DNA of 58,226 bases from an uncultured Candidatus Saccharibacteria bacterium (GCA_964580765.1 CAZOKW010000002.1:1-58226), one strand, 5' to 3'; counted from the first letter of the stretch, positions 34,312 to 44,201 are shown. Notes: generated from the letters alone by a model not told the origin. Numbers and translations: made by a program.

Positions 34312-34818
34312 ATGACTTTTCAATACAAATGGAAAAATAAAGAGGCGAATTTTGGACCTCCGATAGAAAGCCAGATACTGGGAGGAATGCACCTGGCTTT
34401 TGAAATTATTCTCAAAAAAGATGAAGAATATATTGCTTTGCGAAGACCCAAAGGAATTCCCGAACACGAATTGCCTCCGCGAGCAAAAGATTATCCCGAC
34501 GGTTTGCTTTACTTCTGCCACAATCTCATTCGCTATGGAGAATCAGTCGAGGATTGTGTGCAAAGAATTGTAAAATCACAAGCCGGGGTGGGAGTAAAAG
34601 ATTTTCGGGTGGTTTATATTGATTCATCGGTGCAGGATAAAGATGATTCCTGGGCGATTGTTCCTCATGTGATTGCCGAAGTTGAGGAACTGCCAAAAAT
34701 TACCAACGAACTAACTGAGGTTGTTTTGTTTACTGCGAACTCCATACCAGGTGATTTTGCTTGGTGGAGCAAAGAAGATTTCGAAGAATTTCTAGACGAG
34801 CATATCAGTAGTTTTTAA
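34312..34818 (+). CDS. hypothetical protein, possibly a degenerate Nudix-fold
   Basis: 'GESVEDCVQRIVKSQAGVGV' resembles a Nudix box but lacks the catalytic Glu pair. Confidence 0.3.
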   Translation: MTFQYKWKNKEANFGPPIESQILGGMHLAFEIILKKDEEYIALRRPKGIPEHELPPRAKDYPDGLLYFCHNLIRYGESVEDCVQRIVKSQAGVGVKDFRVVYIDSSVQDKDDSWAIVPHVIAEVEELPKITNELTEVVLFTANSIPGDFAWWSKEDFEEFLDEHISSF

Positions 34819-34858
34819 ATGAAAAATGGCAAAAAATACATAAATTTTTAAAGAAATT

Positions 34859-35314
34859 ATGGAAAACTGCATATTTTGTAAAATAGTAAAAGGCGAAGCC
34901 CCGTGTCATAAAATATGGGAGAATGAAAAACATCTCGCTTTTTTGTCCATTTTTCCCAATACGGAGGGTTTTTCGGTGGTCATTACCAAAGAGCACTATC
35001 CAAGTTATGTCTTTGATTTACCAGAAGAGGTTTTAAGCGGGTTAGTTTTTGCCTCAAAAAAAGTTGCCCAATTGCTAGATTTAAAACTGGAAGATGTGGG
35101 ACGAACCGGGATGATTTTTGAAGGGTTTGGGGTGGACCATTTTCACGCCAAACTTTTTCCCATGCACGGAACCAAATTAAAAGAATGGAGGCCGTTGAAA
35201 TCAAATATAGATAAGTATTTTGAAAAATATGAAGGATATATTTCCTCGCATGATTATAAGAGAGCGGATGATGAGAAACTTAAAGAATTAGCGGAAAAAA
35301 TAAAATCTGAATAA
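34859..35314 (+). CDS. HIT-family nucleotide hydrolase/transferase
   Basis: 'CIFCKIV.GE.P' N-terminus and the histidine-triad region 'VDHFHAKLFP'. Confidence 0.8.
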   Translation: MENCIFCKIVKGEAPCHKIWENEKHLAFLSIFPNTEGFSVVITKEHYPSYVFDLPEEVLSGLVFASKKVAQLLDLKLEDVGRTGMIFEGFGVDHFHAKLFPMHGTKLKEWRPLKSNIDKYFEKYEGYISSHDYKRADDEKLKELAEKIKSE

Positions 35315-36273
35315 TGTTAATCGATAATGTTACCATTAGAATTAAGGCGGGGGATGGGGGAAATGGAGCGGTTGCTTTCAATAAGATTATGATGGCTTTG
35401 GGGCCGGCGGGAGGAAACGGCGGAGGTGGCGGGAGTATTTTTTTTGAAGGGGTGTCCGATCTAAGCGCTTTGTCACAATTTAGGCATAAAAAAGAGGCGG
35501 TGGCCGATAGCGGAGGAAACGGGCGAGGCGGTTTTGTGGATGGACCGGACGGCCAGGATTTAGTTCTTAAAATTCCGGTCGGAACCGTAGCCACTAACTT
35601 GGAAACAGGTGAAATAAAGGAAGTGGTAAAAGTAGGAGAAAGAATCCAGATAGCCAAAGGAGGACGCGGCGGAAAAGGAAACTATAAATTCCGGTCATCT
35701 TTAAATACCAGTCCGACGCAATTTCAGGAGGGAAAGCCGGGGGAAGAATTTAAGATAAAGATAGAACTTAAACTGATCGCTGATGTGGGACTTATCGGTC
35801 TTCCCAATGCCGGAAAATCCAGTTTATTAAATGAACTGACGGAAGCAAAATCAAAAGTGGCCAATTATCCTTTTACTACCCTGGAACCGAATTTGGGTGT
35901 GTACTATGAATTGATTTTGGCCGATATTCCCGGACTGATTGAGGGCGCCTCGGAAGGTAAAGGATTGGGGATTAAATTTCTTCAGCATATTGAGAGAACC
36001 AAAATATTATTTCATCTAATTTCCGCTGAATCGGATGATCCGGCCAGGGACTACAAAATAGTCCGACAGGAATTGGAAAAGTATAACAAGGACTTGGCCA
36101 CAAAACAGGAGTATTTATTTTTAAGTAAATATGATGCAGTTCCCGAAAAAGAATTAAAAGAAAAATTAGCCGTGCTGAAAAAGTTAAACAAAAACACGGT
36201 GACCTTGTCTGTTTATGACGAAGAATCTCTCAAAAAAGTCCGGGGGATATTAAATAAAATCAAAACAGCTTGA
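35314..36273 (+). CDS. obg: GTPase Obg/CgtA
   Basis: Gly-rich Obg fold 'AGDGGNGAVAF...GGNGGGGGS' and G-domain 'GLPNAGKSSLLN', 'DIPGLIEGA'. Confidence 0.9.
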   Translation: MLIDNVTIRIKAGDGGNGAVAFNKIMMALGPAGGNGGGGGSIFFEGVSDLSALSQFRHKKEAVADSGGNGRGGFVDGPDGQDLVLKIPVGTVATNLETGEIKEVVKVGERIQIAKGGRGGKGNYKFRSSLNTSPTQFQEGKPGEEFKIKIELKLIADVGLIGLPNAGKSSLLNELTEAKSKVANYPFTTLEPNLGVYYELILADIPGLIEGASEGKGLGIKFLQHIERTKILFHLISAESDDPARDYKIVRQELEKYNKDLATKQEYLFLSKYDAVPEKELKEKLAVLKKLNKNTVTLSVYDEESLKKVRGILNKIKTA

Positions 36274-36303
36274 AAAAAATGAGGGGAGTTTTACACTAAT
36301 GGT

Positions 36304-37032
36304 ATGCGTTGGAAGATATTGAAAAGAAAGAGAATGTTTGCGCTTTTCAGGAATCTGATCCTGGCTGAAGTATTGGTTTACTCGCTTTTTTTGGGTTTGG
36401 CTTTATCGGCTGATTGGGGAGAATTATACGAAGGTTTCACTTTGTCCAACTATCTTCCGTTGGCCGTTGTGGAATTCTCGCTTTTGGGCTTGGTCCAGTT
36501 AGGATTGATTATTTTGGTTTTTGCCAAATCCCTGCCGGAAGAAAACGACATCAAGAAACTGGCGGAATCCGGCGAGCATGAAAAACTGGAATTTAAAACC
36601 TCTCTGCGCTGGGATGAAAAACGGAATCAAGTGAATCGGGAACTGGAAAAAACCATTATGAAAACAGTGGCCGCTTTTTTAAATTCAGAAGGGGGCCACC
36701 TTTTAATCGGGGTCAATGACCAAGGCCAAGTAGTGGGGCTGGAAAATGATTTAGCTTCTTTGCCCAAACCGGATATGGACGGATTTCAAAATCATTTTAA
36801 TAATCTTTTTAGTCACATGATCGGAGCGGAGTTCAGGCGGTGGGTTAAATTGATTTTTAGCCGCGTTGACGGAAAAATGGTTTGCTGGGCCAAAATCGAG
36901 CCGGGCCATAAACCGGTCTATTTAAAAACAGAGAAGGGCGAGGACTTCTATATCCGTACCGGTAATGTTACCGCTCCTCTTAAAATGAGCGAGGCGGCCG
37001 CCTATATTTCTTCCTGGTGGAAGTTAAAATAA
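36304..37032 (+). CDS. membrane-anchored AlbA_2 (Schlafen-type) domain protein
   Basis: Two or three N-terminal TM spans, then 'GEHEKLEFKTSL...EKTIMKTVAAFLNSEGGHLLIGVNDQG.VVG', the AlbA_2 signature as I recall it. Confidence 0.55.
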   Translation: MRWKILKRKRMFALFRNLILAEVLVYSLFLGLALSADWGELYEGFTLSNYLPLAVVEFSLLGLVQLGLIILVFAKSLPEENDIKKLAESGEHEKLEFKTSLRWDEKRNQVNRELEKTIMKTVAAFLNSEGGHLLIGVNDQGQVVGLENDLASLPKPDMDGFQNHFNNLFSHMIGAEFRRWVKLIFSRVDGKMVCWAKIEPGHKPVYLKTEKGEDFYIRTGNVTAPLKMSEAAAYISSWWKLK

Positions 37033-37038
37033 TTTTTT

Positions 37039-37620
37039 ATGAAAAAAATTTACATTATTCACGGCTGGGATGGCAGTCCTGATGAGCCGATGTTGCAATG
37101 GCTGAAAGTTAATTTGGAAAAAGCAGGATGCCAAGTTACGGTACCAGCCATGCCGGAACCGGATGTTCCGAAAATCGAGGCCTGGCTGGGGAAGTTAAAA
37201 GAAATTATCGAGCCGGATGGCGATGCTATTTTGGTGGGACACAGCATGGGCGGCCAAGCGGTGTTGCGGTATCTGGAAATATTGCCGGAGGGGTTAAAAA
37301 TTGTCGGCGTAGTTTTAATTGCGCCTTGGTTGGAGTTAGATGATGAAACGATCAAAGAAGAAGGGGAGGAAGTAGTTGAAATTGCCCGACCCTGGGTGGA
37401 AACGTCCATCGATTTTGAAAAAGTGAGGTCTCATATCGGCCAAGCCGTAGCCATTTTCTCGGACGATGACCCTTTTGTTCCGCTTAGCAATCGGGACTTA
37501 TTTACCAAAGAACTCAATGCTAAAACTTTTGTCGAACACAACAAGGGCCACTTTAGTCCGGATGACGGAATTACAGAATTACCGATTGCCTTGGAAGAGG
37601 TGTTAAAAATGACTGCCTAA
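37039..37620 (+). CDS. alpha/beta serine hydrolase (YdeN/RBBP9-like)
   Basis: 193 aa, with 'IIHGW.GSP' and the nucleophile elbow 'LVGHSMGG'. Confidence 0.65.
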   Translation: MKKIYIIHGWDGSPDEPMLQWLKVNLEKAGCQVTVPAMPEPDVPKIEAWLGKLKEIIEPDGDAILVGHSMGGQAVLRYLEILPEGLKIVGVVLIAPWLELDDETIKEEGEEVVEIARPWVETSIDFEKVRSHIGQAVAIFSDDDPFVPLSNRDLFTKELNAKTFVEHNKGHFSPDDGITELPIALEEVLKMTA

Positions 37621-38312
37621 AGGCCGAGAGATTTTAAAAAGTCGGCCAGTTCCTGGCCCTTGATGGGACGATAATCGCCCGGAGGTAATTTCCCTAAAGC
37701 GATGTTCATAATTCTGACTCGTTTCAGATCGCGGACTTGCTGAAAAAGCGCTGAGCACATTCTTCTGATTTGGTGTTTTTTGCCCTCGGTCAGGGTAAGG
37801 CGGAACGAGAATTCATCCAGAATTTCCACTTGGCACTTTTTGGTCACATAGCCCTCAATATCTACTCCCGCTTCCATATTCTTCTTAAAACTGGAACGGA
37901 GTTTTTCCGCCGTTTTAACGACATACTCTTTGTCGTGAGAGTACTCCGGATTAAGCAGGCGGTCGGTCACGCGCCCGTCGTTGGTAAAGAGCATCAGTCC
38001 GTGAGAGATCTTGTCCAGCCGGCCCAAAGGAAAGGTACTTTTTTCAGGAGCGCGGATATCTTCGGTAGCAATGCCTCTGGATTTATGATAAGCAAAATAA
38101 AGATATGGTTTTTTATTTTTGTTTTTCAAAACCTCCACTTTGTCATTTTCGGTAACTTTGTCGCCGTGTTGAGCCAGTTTTCCGTTGATAAAAACCCGGC
38201 CCTTTTCCACCAGTTCATCTCCGCCCCGACGGGTAGAATGCTTCTGCCAAGCCAGATACTGATTGATTCGCATAGGAAACGGCGGATTCTTCATAAGGGC
38301 AGAGTATAGCAC
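37617..38312 (-). CDS. RsuA/RluB-family pseudouridine synthase (S4 domain + catalytic domain)
   Basis: 'RINQYLA' S4 start, the catalytic 'GRLDKISHGLMLFTNDG' and 'KKHQIRRM'. The start may be the internal ATG at 38294. Confidence 0.85.
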   Translation of the reverse strand: MLYSALMKNPPFPMRINQYLAWQKHSTRRGGDELVEKGRVFINGKLAQHGDKVTENDKVEVLKNKNKKPYLYFAYHKSRGIATEDIRAPEKSTFPLGRLDKISHGLMLFTNDGRVTDRLLNPEYSHDKEYVVKTAEKLRSSFKKNMEAGVDIEGYVTKKCQVEILDEFSFRLTLTEGKKHQIRRMCSALFQQVRDLKRVRIMNIALGKLPPGDYRPIKGQELADFLKSLGL

Positions 38313-38356
38313 ATCTTTGTTTGATAAAAAATACGATTCGGGTTATTATCTAGCAT

Positions 38357-39031
38357 ATGAAAAGAGAGAGAATTATTCTTTGGATTGCAGTAGTTTTAAT
38401 TCTTGGCGGAACGGTTTTTGCTTTGGCTAAGTTGCCCAAGAAGGAAACCGGCACATCTAATCAGGTAGTTGAGTTGTCGGCTGTTTCAAGTGCTGATTGG
38501 GTGATGGGAAATAAAGAAGCGGCCGTAACGCTGATCGAATACGGCGATTTTCAGTGTCCGGCTTGCGCGGCCTATCATCCGTTGGTAAAAAAGATGCTGG
38601 AAGAAAATGGGCAGAATTTTAAATTTGTTTACCGCCACTTTCCCTTAAAACAGCATGCCCAAGCCAAAGATGCTTCTTATGCCGCAGAAGCCGCCGGCCG
38701 ACAGGGAAAGTTTTGGGAAATGTATGACTTGGTTTACACTCGCCAAAACGATTGGGCCGGAAAAGTTAACGCCAAAGATATTTTCTTGGGATATGCCAAC
38801 TCGCTTGGCCTGAACGCCGAACAATTCAACAAAGACCGTGCTTCATCCGAAGTGAAAGATCGGGTGGAAAAGGATACTCAAGACGGCTTGAGGGCCGGAC
38901 TAAATTCCACCCCCTCGTTCTTTGTGAACGGCAAAAAAATTCAACCTCGCGATTATGATGAATTTCTCAACTTCATTAAACAAGCCGGAGTCAGCCTTAG
39001 TCCGGTCGCCAGCCCATCTGCCACTCCCTAA
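38357..39031 (+). CDS. DsbA-family thiol:disulfide oxidoreductase
   Basis: N-terminal TM/signal, 'CPAC' active site and 'TPSFFVNG' (cis-Pro region). Confidence 0.85.
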   Translation: MKRERIILWIAVVLILGGTVFALAKLPKKETGTSNQVVELSAVSSADWVMGNKEAAVTLIEYGDFQCPACAAYHPLVKKMLEENGQNFKFVYRHFPLKQHAQAKDASYAAEAAGRQGKFWEMYDLVYTRQNDWAGKVNAKDIFLGYANSLGLNAEQFNKDRASSEVKDRVEKDTQDGLRAGLNSTPSFFVNGKKIQPRDYDEFLNFIKQAGVSLSPVASPSATP

Positions 39032-39452
39032 ATGGCTTGTAGCCGCTATTTTAGCAGTTAGTTTTATCGGGTTTTTGGACGCGGCTTATCTTACCGTTCA
39101 GCATTACAACCAAGGAATTATTCCTTGCGTTGTATTTGAAGGTTGCGACCAGGTTCTTTCCAGCCAATACGCCCAAATCGGAGGCCTACCCATTTCTCTC
39201 GTCGGGGCGTTTTATTACTTAATGATATTTATAGCCGGTGTTTTGTTTATTGACACTAAAAACACCAAAGCGCTTTTGGTGCTCGGCTATTTGCCGATAG
39301 CCGGATTTGTTACTTCTCTCGCTCTTGTTTATTTACAGCTTTTTGTTATCAAAGCCATCTGTCTTTACTGCGTGGTTTCGGCCATTTCTTCGACAATTCT
39401 TTTTATTTTAGGATTAAAAGTGTTAAAATTTAGAAGTAAAATTAGTTTATGA
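38955..39452 (+). CDS. VKOR (vitamin K epoxide reductase) family membrane protein
   Basis: 4 TM, loop cysteines 'CVVFEGC' and an active-site 'CLYC'. The only canonical in-frame start overlaps dsbA by 77 nt. Confidence 0.7.
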   Translation: MMNFSTSLNKPESALVRSPAHLPLPKWLVAAILAVSFIGFLDAAYLTVQHYNQGIIPCVVFEGCDQVLSSQYAQIGGLPISLVGAFYYLMIFIAGVLFIDTKNTKALLVLGYLPIAGFVTSLALVYLQLFVIKAICLYCVVSAISSTILFILGLKVLKFRSKISL

Positions 39453-39829
39453 ATATAAATTTAGCGAAATGGGTTTTGAGAATTTCGGTGGCCGGTGAAT
39501 TTATTGGCCATGGTATTTTTGCCATGCAAGGCAAAAAAGATTGGATTGGCTGGTTTTCTAAATTTGGCATTTCTGACACAGGAACAGCTACACAATTGCT
39601 TTTTATTATCGGGCTTATAGATATTGCGTTGGCCGTTCTTATTCTGATTAAACCGGTGCGTCTGGCTCTTTTGTGGATGATACTGTGGGGATTTTGGACC
39701 GCTCTTTTGCGTCCGCTAGTCGGCATGCCTGTCTGGGATTTTGTGGAAAGATGGGCCAACTGGGGTGCTCCGTTAGCTCTGCTTCTTTTGCTCGGCTGGC
39801 CGAAAAACATCCGAGAATGGCTGAAATGA
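39449..39829 (+). CDS. small 4-TM membrane protein (DoxX-like?)
   Basis: 126 aa and hydrophobic. ATGA overlap with the VKOR gene. Confidence 0.35.
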   Translation: MNINLAKWVLRISVAGEFIGHGIFAMQGKKDWIGWFSKFGISDTGTATQLLFIIGLIDIALAVLILIKPVRLALLWMILWGFWTALLRPLVGMPVWDFVERWANWGAPLALLLLLGWPKNIREWLK

Positions 39830-39915
39830 AAATATTCATCAAGAATGGACGGGGTTGTTTTTTAGTGTATAATGTTTGCAAATAAGTTGTTTCTTTAAAA
39901 CGAAGGGGGTTATGT

Positions 39916-40407
39916 ATGATAGAAACGGAAAGAAGGTTTTTGGTTAAAACTTTGCCACCGGACATCAAAGTTGATAAAGCGGAACACATTATGCAGGGTT
40001 ATATTACTCCAATGAAAGATAAAACCCAGGTGCGCTTGAGAAAAATCTTCCACCATCAATATTTTTTGACTATCAAAACAAAAGCCGGTCATGAGATGCA
40101 AAGAATAGAAACGGAAGTGTCGCTGACCCAGTCGCAATTCAATGATCTTTGGCCCACGGTGGACGAAAGATTTATCTTGAAAGTCAGATGCTATATTCGT
40201 TATGATGACCACATTTTGATTATTGATAAATTCGATGGCCATTTGAATGGTTTGATAACGATGGAAGTGGAATTTCCTTCTCTCGAAAAAGCTCTTGCTT
40301 TTACTCCCCCTGATTGGATGGGAAGAGAAATCACTAATGACAAACTCTACGGCAACCGGCGTTTGGCTGAGTTTGGCCTGCCTGAAGAACTAAAAATTAA
40401 AAATTAA
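39916..40407 (+). CDS. CYTH-domain (triphosphate tunnel metalloenzyme) protein
   Basis: N-terminal 'IETERRFLV' (ExExK motif) and later 'MEVEF'. Confidence 0.75.
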   Translation: MIETERRFLVKTLPPDIKVDKAEHIMQGYITPMKDKTQVRLRKIFHHQYFLTIKTKAGHEMQRIETEVSLTQSQFNDLWPTVDERFILKVRCYIRYDDHILIIDKFDGHLNGLITMEVEFPSLEKALAFTPPDWMGREITNDKLYGNRRLAEFGLPEELKIKN

Positions 40408-40427
40408 CCCGCCTTTACGCGGGTTTT
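40406..40427 (+). terminator. rho-independent terminator
   Basis: AACCCGC / GCGGGTT stem plus a T-tract. Confidence 0.65.
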
Positions 40428-40460
40428 ACAAACTTGTAATTTTGTTTTATTATTTAAACT

Positions 40461-41426
40461 ATGATTACAAAAACCATTAAAACAACTCCACGGGATTTTT
40501 TTATGCACCTTCTTGTTTTCGCCGCGCTTTACGCTTCAGTCGTCAGTTTTCTGGCTTTACTTTTTGCTTACATCAATGTGTCTTTTCCGGACCGGCTGGG
40601 CTTTCATGGAGACTCCACCGGTGAGATTATTACTCCTTCTTCCGTCTTAATAATTATTTTCCCTGTTTTAATTTTGGTTTCTTGGATTTTGGGGAAAGAC
40701 CTGGCGCAAAATCCAGGAAAAAGAGAAATGAAATTCAGGAAATGGCTGATTTATTTTACTTTGTTTGTGGCGGCAGTAACCATCATTGTTGATCTGATCA
40801 GTCTGGTTTCCAGTTTTTACAACGGAGAATTGACTACCAGATTTCTATTGAAAATGCTGGCGGTTTTGGCTACGGCGGCAGCGATTTTCTGGTATTATTT
40901 TTGGGATTTAAAGAGAGCGGCAGAGCAGAAAACAAATAAGCCCAAATTGGCCGCTTGGGTCTCTTCTGTGATTGTTTTGGTAGCCATCGCCGCCGGATTC
41001 TTTATTGTCGGCACTCCGGCTCAACAGCGCGCCAAGCGATTTGACCAGCAAAGAATCAGCGATTTACAGAATATCCAAAATCAGTTGATCAATTACTGGA
41101 TACAAAAAGATAGGTTACCGGAAGAATCCGGGGAACTATCCCTGGACCAGTTATCCGGGTTTATTTGGCCGAGAGACCCGGAAACAGAGAAAGAATATGA
41201 ATATACCAAACTGACCGCTTTTTCTTTTAGTATTTGCGCGGTATTTAAAACGGAAAATAAAAACGAGGGCAGCCCTTATTCCGGTTACCGGGAATTTCAA
41301 AAACCAGGATTATTGGCCTCGCCCACGGGAATTATTGACAAGCCATTTTACCGCTGGTCCCACGGCCAGGGATTGGTCTGTTTTGAACGGACCATTGATC
41401 CGGAACTGTACAAAAAGCAACCATAG
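40461..41426 (+). CDS. multi-TM protein with a DUF5671-like N-terminus
   Basis: 'PRDFFMHLLVFAALYASVVSFLALLFAYIN' resembles the DUF5671 start as I recall it from CPR proteins. Confidence 0.45.
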   Translation: MITKTIKTTPRDFFMHLLVFAALYASVVSFLALLFAYINVSFPDRLGFHGDSTGEIITPSSVLIIIFPVLILVSWILGKDLAQNPGKREMKFRKWLIYFTLFVAAVTIIVDLISLVSSFYNGELTTRFLLKMLAVLATAAAIFWYYFWDLKRAAEQKTNKPKLAAWVSSVIVLVAIAAGFFIVGTPAQQRAKRFDQQRISDLQNIQNQLINYWIQKDRLPEESGELSLDQLSGFIWPRDPETEKEYEYTKLTAFSFSICAVFKTENKNEGSPYSGYREFQKPGLLASPTGIIDKPFYRWSHGQGLVCFERTIDPELYKKQP

Positions 41427-41888
41427 ATGTTTATGATTTTCAGAAAAATGAGAGAGGGGATTCGCTCCAAAGCGGGGAACGGACGGCCGTTTGAGCTTTC
41501 GGTGGCTTTAATTTTTCCCATTGCTTTTGCTTTTCTGCTCACTTTTGTCAGTTCGAGAATTTTCAGCCATTTTGCTCCTAATTTTTACCTTTTGGAAGTA
41601 GAACCGGGCTTGCGGGTGCATCATTTTGCCTATGGTTTTTTCATTTTAGCGGCCGCCGCCTATCTGGCTCTTATTCATACCGGGCCCAGAGCTAAGTATC
41701 TGATTGCTTTATTGGTTGGATTCGGACTGGGGTTGGCCTTTGACGAATTCGGCATGTGGTTGAGATTGCGGGATGACGATGTGGCCCGCTGGAATTATGA
41801 CGGGTTTAATATTATCATCGGATTTTTCTTTGTGGTTTTATTTGCCAAGCCGGGCATTAGATTTTTGAAAATGCTCTGGCCGTTTTGA
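41427..41888 (+). CDS. hypothetical integral membrane protein
   Basis: 153 aa with 4 hydrophobic spans. Its start abuts the upstream stop. Confidence 0.5.
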   Translation: MFMIFRKMREGIRSKAGNGRPFELSVALIFPIAFAFLLTFVSSRIFSHFAPNFYLLEVEPGLRVHHFAYGFFILAAAAYLALIHTGPRAKYLIALLVGFGLGLAFDEFGMWLRLRDDDVARWNYDGFNIIIGFFFVVLFAKPGIRFLKMLWPF

Positions 41889-41892
41889 GAAT

Positions 41893-42306
41893 CTATCTCA
41901 AGGGAGTCGGGCATGCTTGGCCGGGCGGGAGCCAGGTGGGAGAAGGGTTGGCACTGAAGGGGATTAGTTTTTGAATAAGATTGCTTAGGTTAGAACCTAG
42001 ATCCAGTTTCTGGTTAGCTGATTTTAGTTCCTGCAAAGCTATTTGGGCGTTGCTAACGGCCGTACTTAGCTTTTGTTTATCGGAGGCCGAAAGACTTTTT
42101 GAATTAAGATTGGAACTAACGGCCGATTCCGTCAAAATTAAACCAAGCTGATCAAGATTTTTTTCCAACTCTCCCAGAATCCTTTTTTCTTTGACCGCCG
42201 GGTTAATTATCTCAATAATTCGTTGTTTGTAGTCCTCTATTTTTTCCCGGTTTAGAAGTACTAAACCGGCTCCGATCAACAAAACAACGCCGATGATTTT
42301 TACCAT
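41893..42306 (-). CDS. hypothetical protein with an N-terminal TM anchor
   Basis: 137 aa, 'MVKIIGVVLLIGAGLVLL' followed by a helical region. Confidence 0.45.
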   Translation of the reverse strand: MVKIIGVVLLIGAGLVLLNREKIEDYKQRIIEIINPAVKEKRILGELEKNLDQLGLILTESAVSSNLNSKSLSASDKQKLSTAVSNAQIALQELKSANQKLDLGSNLSNLIQKLIPFSANPSPTWLPPGQACPTPLR

Positions 42307-42382
42307 ATCTTCATTATAGTGAAATTAGGGCTCTGTGTATAATTCTCTTGAGTATTTATGCTTTTTAAAGGATAATTATGAC

Positions 42383-42826
42383 ATGAAAAAGATTATAGCC
42401 AGTATAGCGGTCGTTTTAATTTTTGTAGCCACTTTGTTTGTTTTAAACAATCGTTCGGGGATGGCTCCGGTGGTTACCAATACTCCAAGACTGACTCCTT
42501 CAACGAGTAAAACTCCCACCCCTACGGCTACACCCGCTTCGGGAGAAATTTTTGAAGTGCTGATCTCTGAAAACGGTCTTTCAAAAAATAATTTGACTAT
42601 CAAAGTAGGGGATGCGATTATGTTCACCAATAACGATACTGTTTTGCATTGGCCGGCTTCCGGTCCTCATCCCACCCACACGCTCTGTCCAGGTTTCGAT
42701 TCTTTGCGGGGGCTAAAACAAGGCGAGACCTATTCTTTCACTTTCAACAAAGCCGCGACTTGTCCGTTCCATGACCACATAAATGCCAATGAGCAATACA
42801 GAGGCACCATCACCGTGACGGAGTAG
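42383..42826 (+). CDS. secreted cupredoxin-like protein
   Basis: Signal/TM, a Thr/Pro linker and potential metal ligands 'HWPASGPHPTH...CPFHDH'. Start set to the ATG at 42383. Confidence 0.45.
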   Translation: MKKIIASIAVVLIFVATLFVLNNRSGMAPVVTNTPRLTPSTSKTPTPTATPASGEIFEVLISENGLSKNNLTIKVGDAIMFTNNDTVLHWPASGPHPTHTLCPGFDSLRGLKQGETYSFTFNKAATCPFHDHINANEQYRGTITVTE

Positions 42827-42866
42827 AATAGATTAACGGCCAGAGGTGGACTCGAGTAATCCTCCA

Positions 42867-44201
42867 ATGAAAAAAAATAAATATATCCTGTTGATTTTGT
42901 TGGCGGGTTTACTATCAATGTTCAACCCGTTTTTTGTTAATGGTGTCACCACCGAAGAATTTCTCCGCTCCAAAAATGCGCAAATCGAGGAATTATCCCG
43001 GCAAATTGAAGAATACCAAAAACAAATCGAAGAAAGACAAAAACAAGGTCGGACTTTGACCGGTGAAGTGGATATTCTCAACAAAAAAATTGCTCAAATC
43101 CAGACAGAAATACGCAGTTTGGCTTTGGCCATTGAAAAAGCCAACGGTGAAATTTCTCAAACAGTTACTCAAATTGATGAGGCTGAAGGCAAAATTACTA
43201 AACATCGTTTTGCTCTGGGCTTGGCTTTAAGATTACTAGATCAAGCCGAGCAAGAAAACTTAATTGAGATTATTTTAAAACACCATAATTTCTCTGATTT
43301 TTTCGGTCATCTTACCCAAATCCAAAATACTCAAGAAAATCTTCGGACGGCTATTATCGGCATCAAGGAGTTGAAAATTGAACTGGAAGAAAAGGAAGAG
43401 AATTTGTATGACCAAAAAAGAGAATTGGAGAACTTAAAAAATATTCAGCAAATTGGCAAAAAGTCGGTAGAACAAGTTAAAACGGAAAAGAATAATCTGC
43501 TTAAAGTAACCAAGGGAGAAGAATCCCGTTTCCAGGACCTGGTCAAGAAATCAAAAACAGACATTGAAAAAATCCGCGCTCAAATTACTTATCTTCAGCA
43601 AAACGGGGTCTCGGCGGAAGATGCCGTTAAATTTGCCCAACTAGCGGCCGTGGCCGTCGGAATTCGGCCGGCTTTTTTACTCGGTCTTTTGGAAACTGAA
43701 TCCCGACTGGGACAAAATGTCGGTACCGGTAATTGGAAAGATGATATGTATGAATGCTATATCCGCCTCGGCACTAAATATTATCCTAACCGCAAAGCCC
43801 ATTATTTAAATCGCGCTGAAACAGAAAAAAACGCCTTTTTTGCGATTATCGGAAAATTAGGACTGAATCCGGATTCTGTAAAAGTGTCCCGGGAACCAAG
43901 CTACGGTTGTGGAGGCGCCATGGGGCCGGCGCAGTTTATTCCTTCCACTTGGTTGGGCTATGAGGCCGAAGTAAGCAGAATCACCGGCCACCATCCGCCT
44001 AGTCCCTGGAATATTGAGGATGCTTTTACCGCTTCGGCCATCAAACTGGCCCGCGCCGGGGCAACTGCTAAAACCAAAATAGGAGAATCGGCGGCCGCCC
44101 GCGCTTATATCAGCGGAAATTCAAAATGCGCCTCCAGCGCCTGTAATTCTTATACTAACGCGGTCTTGCGTAAAGCAGACGAAATTGAGCAGAACCTCTA
44201 G
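42867..44201 (+). CDS. secreted coiled-coil protein with a C-terminal SLT_2/MltB-like lytic transglycosylase domain
   Basis: Signal peptide, a ~230-aa coiled coil, then 'LLGLLETESRLGQN' (catalytic Glu region) and 'GAMGPAQFIPSTW'. Confidence 0.65.
   Translation: MKKNKYILLILLAGLLSMFNPFFVNGVTTEEFLRSKNAQIEELSRQIEEYQKQIEERQKQGRTLTGEVDILNKKIAQIQTEIRSLALAIEKANGEISQTVTQIDEAEGKITKHRFALGLALRLLDQAEQENLIEIILKHHNFSDFFGHLTQIQNTQENLRTAIIGIKELKIELEEKEENLYDQKRELENLKNIQQIGKKSVEQVKTEKNNLLKVTKGEESRFQDLVKKSKTDIEKIRAQITYLQQNGVSAEDAVKFAQLAAVAVGIRPAFLLGLLETESRLGQNVGTGNWKDDMYECYIRLGTKYYPNRKAHYLNRAETEKNAFFAIIGKLGLNPDSVKVSREPSYGCGGAMGPAQFIPSTWLGYEAEVSRITGHHPPSPWNIEDAFTASAIKLARAGATAKTKIGESAAARAYISGNSKCASSACNSYTNAVLRKADEIEQNL

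Noticed and set aside
37770-38309. A 179-aa + strand ORF.
   Set aside because: It is entirely antisense to the pseudouridine synthase gene, which has clear S4 and GRLD catalytic motifs. It has no motifs or SD of its own.
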